Assembly: GCA_048128005.1 (NCBI GenBank)
Contig: JBEUKZ010000123.1
Span: forward strand, 62,001-126,000
Length of the DNA stretch: 64,000 nucleotides
Direction of reading: 5' to 3'
Source of the DNA: Veleropilina oligotropha
Lineage: Eukaryota
How positions within the stretch are numbered: the stretch's first letter is position 1; each line of letters starts with the position of its first letter. Shown piece by piece: positions 11,632 through 20,991 of the stretch. A program made the translations under genes and the position numbers. The notes under the pieces are model-generated. The model searched no databases. It saw only the letters and a program-made list of their open reading frames with translations, and was not told the origin of the DNA.

Positions 11632-12082
11632 GGCCCCGTTTACACTACAAAATTAATGTAATCTGAATTAAAATGAGCCGATTTAAAATAGTCCGGTTTA
11701 GAGCCCAGTTTGCACTACAATTATAATCCAAATTAAAATAAGCCAGTTTTGCGCCGATGAGTACATACGCAGCTCTGTTGGTGTTAACACCTTGTTATCT
11801 TAATAGGCCTAGTCATGTGCGCAGGTGTGTATCGAGATAAACGACCAAACTGCATGTGGATACATATGACTCGAAGCGAGGCAATCCGGTTCGAAGTTAC
11901 TTGAGCGTCTACACTACCAGATAAGCCGGATTAAAATATTTAAGCTGGTTTAAAACTACATCAGGAGATGGAATATTTTAAGCTGATTTCAGTCGATTTA
12001 TTTGTGTTAACACGCCAAATATAATGCGGATTAAAATAAACCGGTTTCAAACCGGATTATATTTGGTAGTGTAAACGGGGCT
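11632..12082. mobile_element. PIF/Harbinger-type MITE
   Basis: TIR (G/A)GCCCCGTTTACACTAC, 3-bp ATA duplication, many internal AWCCGGWTT-like motifs. Confidence 0.82.
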
Positions 12083-15000
12083 ATAGGCCACCCAGTCACA
12101 ATACTTTTTGCCCACCCCTTTGCAGTAAACGGTAATGAAGTCAGCAAGCAACATTTCATTAAAACATTAAAATATTGATTATCACAAAGTCGCTCTCTGA
12201 TCGTTAATCACTTTTCATGTTAAGTACTATTTCTGTTCAAGTGTTGCGTTATTAGACTATTTAGTGCTATATACATTTTACTATTTATGCCGCCAAACTG
12301 TTTTAAGTGTGCAGTATCTGATTGAGTGTATTTTACAGTTACAATAATGTTGCACTTCCATTCTGTGTGCATGCAGTTAGGACATGTACTGTATCTATTG
12401 CCCCAGCTGTTGTGACATTGGTGTAGGAGAGCCAATATTTACCAACTAAAAGTAGATCAAACAGATGAGATCCAATTGCTGAGGGATTCTATTTGTGAAG
12501 ACATAATCATGCAACTGGGTGTCCACTAATACTTGTTCTGGTATACATGAGCACATATGCTCCGTTGTAACTGGAAGCTGCCAGGATTAAAGACCAGAAT
12601 AGCCGAGCAAAATCTAGTAGCCAGCTATAGTGTATACATATATATATGCACTGGTCACCCAACCTGTCTCTGTCACACGAAGGGTGTATAATATGTGGAC
12701 ATGCCATATGTCTTTAGTCTTTAATGTTCAGCTGAATGGACTGTCCATTTATTTGGTGAAATGACGACCTCGACCAGTCATAATTTATTGTAATAATAAA
12801 ATAGTGCATTTAGACCTACTAAAGATATTTCACATTCCATAATAAGCTAAATAATTTACAAAGATGTGTTTCACACAGAGTAATCATTTGTTCGCCCGCA
12901 ATTTAAATGTTCTTCTATATAAATGGATGGCATCGATCATAATGGTATACATTAAGACCGCTGTAATAAAAGCATACATATCATATATATATCTAATACA
13001 ATAACTATTACTTTAATGGTTTGAATTTGGCTGCTTTATATTTTGTGATCATAATGTGTCAAATAATACTATTGAAAACATGTGTGATTTAATTTGTTTT
13101 GGGAATATACATGTATATATAAAGAACTTATATATAAATGTATAGTCACATTAGTGCATAGATCTATATTTCAGTAGCACTTGTACTACAATGAGTGAGC
13201 GGACTAGTATTTAACCTGGCTACCCAGGATAACAACAAGGCCTTCTTTGTCCTCGCTTTTCAGGTCATGCGTGGATCTGACCCGTTCGAGGTGGATTTAT
13301 TGTAGTGAATTGACTCTGAGCATGTTATCAACAACTGGAGTAGAATACAATTAGTAATTTCAAATGTCTAGTATTTCATGGTGTATCATGTATTGTTGTC
13401 TAAATCCCTAAAATACACCTTAAATCCTCGACCGACGCCAGATATATTATATTGTCTACTTGCAATAAAGTAAACAAAAAACTAATTTCTCGATACTTTC
13501 GTCTCCTGTGTTGCACTAGGAGCAGTTAAAGATGATTTAAACATTTACTCTATGACAGAAAATTGCATAATATAAACTAGATGCTTTAACTATGATTGAT
13601 ATATATATATATATGTACGGATTGTTTTTGGCCTAAATATTCAGTGAGAATTATATTTTATACATGTACACATATATATACACCAAAATTGTATATGCAT
13701 TGTTACATACAGTGCAGGCCCTGGTTTTTGTAGACTGAATGTTGACTAAAAGAGCTCTGTCAGAATTGCGGGCAATTCTTGCAGTACGGGTAATTGAAAC
13801 TATTGGTTGTGATAAAAGACGTGAAAATCTTGAGTGCTCCAATATACCTGCATTGTAAGCTCCGCTGTCACAATTTACAGGGTTCACTTGCTTGTCACAA
13901 TACCTATATAGTTATGGTATAGAGCTAATGATCGCACCTGCGTCTAGGTCCTCGCCTCAAGATGACTCAGGCGAAGAAGTGACAGGTCAGAGATCACATG
14001 CGATTGTGTCGGCACCTTTTTCGTTACAAAGTATATTATGTATGGCTGTTACAAGTAAGAGCCATCACAAAATAACAGAATAGTGGAATCTCGACCTTGA
14101 TGCTGATTTTCATTTAACTCTGTTATTGCAATTATAGATTATTAAACATAATGATATCTTGTGGCTGTATGATTATTATGAATAATAAGTCATTAAAAAT
14201 AATTTGAAATGGCAAACATGTATGAATGTGTATGTGCGGAGAATGTATTTGTGTGAAGACAGAGCAGCTCACATGTGCAGAGTTGTTTGTAGTTTGTTCT
14301 GCTTTGATGATCAAACAAGTGCTTTTCATCTATTGACAGTTTTCATATATATTCCTAATGAGTGGTCTAGATATGTCTGTATGCGATGGCATTGTCCATC
14401 AATTTGTGAAGCTAGATTTCCTTGATATGAGACCATTGTGATATTCTCCATAACTAGCAACTTAGAAATTGACTTAACACTAGGCCCTGTCATTGACCAT
14501 TCTTCCTTTTTGATGTGTTTTCTTTCCAGGGACTTAATTCTGTTTGAAGTAGGATTATATTTCATTGCCCAGCCACAGGTGATGGGATTCACGATTGTCC
14601 TTTGGGATTAGTTTAGGGGTATTCATACCTTCCAGATTTATATGTCAATAGTGATCCATGCATAGCCAAAATAACATCCAGACAAATGCTAGAAAATGTC
14701 AGTTGCAGATCTGGGGCCCCATCTGAATCGACATGAAATACACTTTTGCGCAGTTGATATGCACGAGAAACAGATGAATGAATATGATCTGTGGCTGAGA
14801 GTTATCCCAGCAACATGTGTTTATTGGTGAAATATTTCTGGCTTTCTGTTTAGGAATGGGATATATAGAAAATGCTACTCCACCCATTTGAAAGTGTAGC
14901 AAATGAAGAGTATTTGCCATTCCTAATCATCTGTTTTAATATCATGATTGATGGAAGCATGCATCTATTCTTCTAAGTTCTACTGAGGTTTTCGCAGAAT

Positions 15001-15593
15001 GCTTTTATTATTTATATACATCAAATTTTTAATAAATAAAGCATTCTTTATAGTGAAACATACCACACCCTGAAATAAATGATAATGATACTGAACTTTA
15101 TCGTCTTACCAATCATATAACCTGGGTTCCAATGCGGTGCTCATGCTAACTTTGAACCCCTTTATCCGTAGATATCGGGCTTACTCCAATATTACTGTGC
15201 CCCGTAAGCCCAATATTTCGGGTGGAGAAACCATTATTGCTAAGGGTGAGGGGCACGAACCAGTCGGAATCTCAGGATTCAAAGGGTTAAGTTTGGATGA
15301 AACTCAAAATTTTGGAGATGTGTGTAAAGTGCATGTTCAACTTTTTTGTATTAATAAATGTATTATCTATGAAGTTATCAAAATTCAATCTAATCCTTGA
15401 ATATTGCAAGGGGTGGGTTCGAAAATCCTTCGACATTCCCCTTTGAGGAAATTCTGATTATGATGAAAATTTTTTAAAGTGGTAAAACATGAAATTCAAT
15501 GAATTTTGATCATCTTCAATGCAATAATAATAGTAGGATGAAAAGCCTTGGATTGGTTCTTAATTTTGAACTTTTCTGTGAAATTAAAGGAAC

Positions 15594-15854
15594 CGATCGA
15601 TGATTAATGTCCTATATGTATATCCAACCATCATTTGGTTCAAAGTAGGACATGTCCATATTATCGCGGGAGGAATGCCCGGTCACCCGGGGAAACCCGC
15701 CCTCTCCGACCAGTTACGGACAACTGTGATTCATAACTCGGGCAAATGTTTGATGTCCCTGCCGAGGTTTGAACCCACTACTGTTCGCGTCAGCGGAATC
15801 AAGTCTATGATTTTCGGAGTCCACAACTGATACCACACGGCTGTCGAAGCGGCC
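15594..15854 (-). mobile_element. tRNA-derived SINE with V-domain-like core, near full length
   Basis: A-box-like CAGCCGTGTGG, B box GGTTCAAACC, core GGGTTTCCCCGGGTGACCGGGCATTCCTCCCG. Fragments recur at about 6590(+), 9060(-), 42045(+), 50412(+), 53620(+), 57165(+) and 59950(-). Confidence 0.78.
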
Positions 15855-15893
15855 ACTGCTGTGAAATTAAAACTTCTTTTTATTTAATTTCAG

Positions 15894-15965
15894 AGATTTA
15901 AGATTTAATAAAATAAAAGACATTCCAGCCGGGACATTTGAAGGATTAGCAAATTTAAACACATT
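15894..15965 (+). CDS. PXDN: Peroxidasin LRR exon (DLRFNKIKDIPAGTFEGLANLNT); first exon visible in the window
   Basis: 72 nt, ttcAG acceptor and GTAAG donor, phase 2-2. Translation aligns with the vertebrate peroxidasin LRR1 as I recall it (DLRFNRIREIQPGAF...LNTL). Confidence 0.93.
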
Positions 15966-16524
15966 GTAAGTATTGCCTATTTATGTTTACATATTTGATT
16001 ATGATAAATTGATAGGATAAATCGGCTATCTATATCAAATCCGCGGTTCCATAAGTAGCACCAATACTGTAGCTGTACACGTCGCATGAAATCAGAGAGG
16101 ATTTATATTTATCAAAATAGTTTTAAATCTTCACGATTGGAATAATTATAATTTCCAGTGCCATTAACCCCCGTCTTCAATGTCATTTCATGTTACTTTC
16201 ATGTATCATTACCCTAACATTAAAAGAATATTCACCAGCTGATACAGATCATCATGGTCTTGATTGGTCTTCAAATGATATGCTTGACAGTTCCTGAGAG
16301 ACCACCTGATCACCATTACATGCCAAATGGTCCTCTGATTGGTCAGCAGAAACAGGTCACCATTGTATTTCTCTGAATGGCTGCAGGATTACCATGATAT
16401 GCCAAATTGTCCTCTGATTGGTCACCTGAAACAGGTCATCATTGTGGTCTGATTGGTGCCAAATAAGAGTCTGTTTGGATGCCTGATGAAGATTGCACCT
16501 TTGATGTTTGTTTATATTTTTCAG

Positions 16525-16596
16525 ATTACTCAACAACAATGGAGTAAAGAGGCTACGAAATGGTGCTTTTAGAGGTTTATCTAACCTTCGCTATTT
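16525..16596 (+). CDS. PXDN: Peroxidasin LRR exon (LLNNNGVKRLRNGAFRGLSNLRY)
   Basis: 72 nt, ttttcAG/GTAAGT, in frame with the previous exon; LRR consensus. Confidence 0.93.
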
Positions 16597-17727
16597 GTAA
16601 GTATAAATTGGATTGGTTTAATTTGCTTACTTTTAATGTCTCTAAGTGAACAGTCACAGTAGTCTATAAATGAATGACATCATAATATGACCATAAAGGG
16701 TGTTAAATTGGATATTAAACACCGTTTCCAAAACAGGAAAGGAGGTTATTGCGAAGAAAGTATTCACCCCATACCTGCTTTGTTGCCCTTTCCTCCGTTT
16801 ACCTCCATAAATGGGCCATATTAGGTGTTGTTTTTCTTGTAAATTTTTAAAAGGAAATTCCAAAAACATCCATTGGAGTTTACTGCAGAATTGTTGGTTT
16901 AAATGCATTTGAAATAAGAGAAGGTGAAAGCATCTATTGAACAGCCTGGATGCAGACATAAGCTCCATTATAGTAAGATAATTCCAAATCTTTGCTCCCA
17001 TGTGGCTACTAGTGAGGGAATAATTAGGTGCTGAGAAATGTATAGCCCTGATAAAATGCTATTCTGGACAATTAGGCCAGTGTCCATGATAGTATCTGCC
17101 AGTCAGATGAGATGGAGTATCCTCTAGTGGACACCAGTGTTTAGTAGACTATAATGGTTACTGGATTGCCACCATCCCTCCTGGGACCATTAGCCATAAC
17201 TGAAGTTGTATCTTTCATGGCAGATAATGAACAGCTAGTGTGTCTGTTTTGTTAATGGATGACCACTGCCACATATCTACTGTTTTCATGATGGATGTCT
17301 ATATTGGTGAATGAAACACATGATATCACATTAAAATGAGTGTGAATGGAAACGATAATTGAGTTGATGTCATTCAAGTACAAGCAGCCTTGCTCTATGT
17401 GAACTTCAAGCTGCATGTATATACATCGTAACTGATAGTCAATGAAAACGCACCAAATGTATTTTATGTTATATCTTGGCAATTAATTCATCCGCTATCA
17501 TTATTTTTCATATTTGAAATCTTTGATATCTGTGCGATTGTTTGATCATAATTTACCATGTTGTAACTTGCCATTGCGTTTCTATTGACAGTTTTGTCAG
17601 GCCCCCCACCGCTGACAAAGTTGCAAATTATGACCAAATGTTGTGAAACGACCTGCACAATGCAACAGCCCATTTTCAGCACAATTGATCAATAAAAGAA
17701 ACGCTATAAAGCACAATATATAGTTAC

Positions 17728-17934
17728 AAACATACTTACGTCCTTACTCTTGCCATAATAGTATATTATCGCCCAAACCGGAAATGGTGAATATGTCCCA
17801 TAATGCACCGTTAATAAGCCAAAAAAGCACACGGTTACCTCCCCTGCTCCTACCCCCCACGTTCCCTAGCGAGACTTCGCCAAGTCTCGTGAGACTTCTG
17901 AACAATAGAAGTCACATGACATCAATTCAAAGTT
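17728..17934. repeat. DIRS left inverted terminal repeat
   Basis: Reverse complement of 24932-25138; no mismatch seen. Confidence 0.95.
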
Positions 17935-18717
17935 TTCCGCTGCCGCGGAAAGACGTTGTTTTTGCTCCGCAAATATTTCGATATAGGCGCCCGATTTCAC
18001 GTTAAATCAGGGCGCAGTTTCTACTTATATAGTATATAAGTAGTGGAATATAACAGTGTTGTGGATATAAAACACATGTGAATATAAGAAGAGTGATTCT
18101 CAAAACTTCGAGGAAGTTCTGGACATCAAAGGAAACAGACATCGTCGTCAAGGACGCCAGTGGCCATTAAAGATGGCCGCTTAGAGGGAAAGTTTCGAGT
18201 GGTAGCTGAAATTTCTGGTCTGTATAATTATCTGATATTGTTTGAGACTGCAAAACAGGTAACTCATTATATTGGATAATTCCTTAACAACGCTATTTGC
18301 TGGTTATTTATTATATATATAAAATTTTCTAGCGTTGTTAAAAGGCAGGATCTTTTGATATTAAGCTTGCGTTAATTTTCTGATATCCTGCCGTTGCTGG
18401 GATAATACGCCATTGTACTAACTTAAAACATCCACGAGGTTTTCAGGTGTTTTTCTGGGCGGGTTTTTTCGAGGAAAGAACCCCCCTTTGTTTTAGTCAA
18501 TTTGCCGGGTTACCGGGTCGGTCGGGTAAAATACCCGACCTCGGTGTTCCCAGTTCGGGGTTCTAATAACGGTATATCGCTTGATCTCTAATCTTCAGAT
18601 CAGGACAATTCTGTGAGTTGTCGTAGTACTCCCTCCAAGGAAAGAAGTCTCAACTACCATATATATACCTATTTATCTACCCCGTCTACCCACGCCCACC
18701 CTCCCGTGTATTTAGCT

Positions 18718-20964
18718 ATGGTCCGGTGCAGTAGCTCCGGGTGTAACCAGAAAATTCACGCATTTGATAGGCACAAGGAATGTTGTACTCATAGCTGTAG
18801 TATACATCATCAATGTGATCTGTGCTTTCTTCTATCAGATAAGCAGTGGGCAACCCTGTCTCACCACGGTAAGTCGACCAGGGCGACTGCCACGGTGGGT
18901 CCTCCCCAGGAGAAGGGTCAGGAAGAGACCGGTAAGTTACCTAACGTTTCTTCTTTGTCTGCTTCAGGGACGCTGGACGACAGCCGACACAAGGGGACGT
19001 CTGTCGCCGGATCCACCGGCGAAACCTCCGCGACTCTTGGGAGAGTCACCGAAACCTTGCCGGTACCCAAGATTCAGGTAAAGACCCGAGTGTCGACCGA
19101 TCCTCCTAAACCGGGCCTAGTAGCTGCAGTCAGCCATACCTTGCCGGCTAGCAAGGTATACATGACAGCGCAGCGAACAGCTGTACAGGGCAGACCATCC
19201 CCATCCTTTTCTTCGGCCTCGAAGAATAAGGGGACAGTTAGTCCTTCTGCGGGAAACTCACCGTCTTCCTACGGTGACAGACCCAATGCAGAGAAAGCCT
19301 TTAAAGAGGCCGGGCACCTACTTGTAGGTCTAAGACTCGGACAATCGGCGAAACCTGAATCCTCGGTCGAGAACGATGCGACTTCCCCTAGGGGTTTTCC
19401 GCTCAACCTCGAAGCTCACGAGACATTCAGAGGGCCCGGTCTCTCCCGTGCACCCACCGTGGTCACGCTAGAGAACGTGGACAGACCGGCTGCGTTCGGG
19501 ACGGGGTTCTACGGCGGTTTTCCGTCCGTGCCTCGCTCGAACAGAGTGGTAGACCGATCAGAACTGTTGCCGCAGTCCTATCGGTCGTCCGGCCCACTGA
19601 CTGCGCCTCCGGGCCAGTCCTTCGGGTTCGACCCCTCGACAAGTGCCCGTGGACCCTGGTCCTCGGTTCGACCTGTCAATGCAGCCCGTCTACCTAGCGC
19701 CACGGTTACCTCGACAGAACTACCGGCTGTTAGTTCGTCGCCCGTCCTGCCTCCGGGTTTCTCTTTTGAGAACGTCCAGGCATGGATCGCGGCGGGGATC
19801 GAGGAACGGTGTAAGGCCTGGCCGACGGCTCCCGAGCCGCACCTGGTACCTACACTTCTGCCCATGGCGCAGAGCACGGCTCCTGCCTCAGTGATAGACA
19901 TCGACCCTCGTTCCGACGAGGATCTCTGTTCAAATCACACCGACCTCCCTGAATCGGTCGGGTCCGAAGACATTAGTCTTACAGGCACGCAGGAGCCGAC
20001 CTCCTCCACCCGCCGAAGGCTCGACGCTGTTGCGTCACTTCGCGGGGTGCTTGGCTTGTCGGAACCGACTCGGTCGGCTGTAGACGTAGCCAAGCATAGG
20101 ACGGCAGCACATCGGTTTGTTGCGAGGGAAGCCCCCGAGCTCCCCTCCTTACCTCAGTCCGGGCTGGTGGATCTTGTTGTAGACTCGATCACCAAGCTCG
20201 TTCAGGGGCGCAATCCGGTGGAGTCCTCCCCGCTGAACGAGTTCCCTTCGGGGTTCCGTAGTGGGAGGTACCTCCGGGCCAGTACTCGAGCGACCCCGTT
20301 CGAATGCACTGGCCCGTGCCTGGCGACTGAGCCGGCTCGTGTTGACGCTTCGTTGCGTCGACTGACCGCCAGTCACACTCCCTCCGTAGCGAAAGTTCCT
20401 TGGTCCGCCTTGGAAGCTTTCGAGAGCTCCGCCCGACGGGCTCTGCGGCTATCGTCCGTTCAGGATTTTTTCCTAGACGGGGCGATAGCCGTATTACAGG
20501 AGAATGGACCCGGCGCCACCGAGGCTGCCCTGTCCTTCCTCCAGGAGGTTGCTGCCGCGCAGGAGACCAGCGCGTTGGAGACGGGACGTGTCCTGGGCAA
20601 TGCCCTCCTACTTCGTAGGGATGCTTGCCTGGAAGGTACCTCGCTGGACGAGCCCACCCGGCGCTCGTTGCGATGCGTACCTTGCTCGGCCACCACTCTC
20701 TTTGGTGACAACTTCACGGAGTTTGTTGACAAGAGAGCGGCGGACATTAAGGACCGTGCCATCGAGAAGGCAGTACTGCTCCCCACCCGGGGTCCACCTG
20801 CCAACTCGAAGAAGCGCTCCGGGCCCACCCCGGCCCCGAAGCCTTCTAAGCGTGCGAAGCCCTCTTCGGGTGGTAGGCCTCCGGCCAATAAACCCACTCC
20901 AAAGAGGCAAGCACCTCCAGCGAAATCCCGCAAGCAGAGCGGGATAGGGAAGCCTCGGCCCTAG
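18718..20964 (+). CDS. DIRS Gag-like ORF1 (748 aa) with N-terminal Cys/His cluster and basic C-terminus
   Basis: ATG at 18718 (MVRCSSSGC...DRHKECC...CDLC). The same start is conserved in copy 3 at 29549. Stop TAG at 20962-20964. Confidence 0.9.
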   Translation: MVRCSSSGCNQKIHAFDRHKECCTHSCSIHHQCDLCFLLSDKQWATLSHHGKSTRATATVGPPQEKGQEETGKLPNVSSLSASGTLDDSRHKGTSVAGSTGETSATLGRVTETLPVPKIQVKTRVSTDPPKPGLVAAVSHTLPASKVYMTAQRTAVQGRPSPSFSSASKNKGTVSPSAGNSPSSYGDRPNAEKAFKEAGHLLVGLRLGQSAKPESSVENDATSPRGFPLNLEAHETFRGPGLSRAPTVVTLENVDRPAAFGTGFYGGFPSVPRSNRVVDRSELLPQSYRSSGPLTAPPGQSFGFDPSTSARGPWSSVRPVNAARLPSATVTSTELPAVSSSPVLPPGFSFENVQAWIAAGIEERCKAWPTAPEPHLVPTLLPMAQSTAPASVIDIDPRSDEDLCSNHTDLPESVGSEDISLTGTQEPTSSTRRRLDAVASLRGVLGLSEPTRSAVDVAKHRTAAHRFVAREAPELPSLPQSGLVDLVVDSITKLVQGRNPVESSPLNEFPSGFRSGRYLRASTRATPFECTGPCLATEPARVDASLRRLTASHTPSVAKVPWSALEAFESSARRALRLSSVQDFFLDGAIAVLQENGPGATEAALSFLQEVAAAQETSALETGRVLGNALLLRRDACLEGTSLDEPTRRSLRCVPCSATTLFGDNFTEFVDKRAADIKDRAIEKAVLLPTRGPPANSKKRSGPTPAPKPSKRAKPSSGGRPPANKPTPKRQAPPAKSRKQSGIGKPRP

Positions 20965-20991
20965 GGCTGCCGGCATTCGCGACGGCCCCAG

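Noticed and set aside
15145..15291. piggyBac-like MITE ending AAAGGGTTAA
   Set aside because: The left terminus and TTAA are too degenerate to call.
6010..15890. PXDN first coding exon (signal peptide plus LRRNT) and short AT-rich ORFs
   Set aside because: No CPxxCxC exon with splice sites was found; the short ORFs look random.
16654..17001. 115-aa minus-strand ORF starting GAKIWN, reminiscent of a LINE ORF2 tail
   Set aside because: A single short motif only; the remainder is uninformative.
18613..18717. ORF-track N-terminal extension of Gag from a GTG
   Set aside because: Lies in the putative intron; only the ATG at 18718 is conserved in copy 3.
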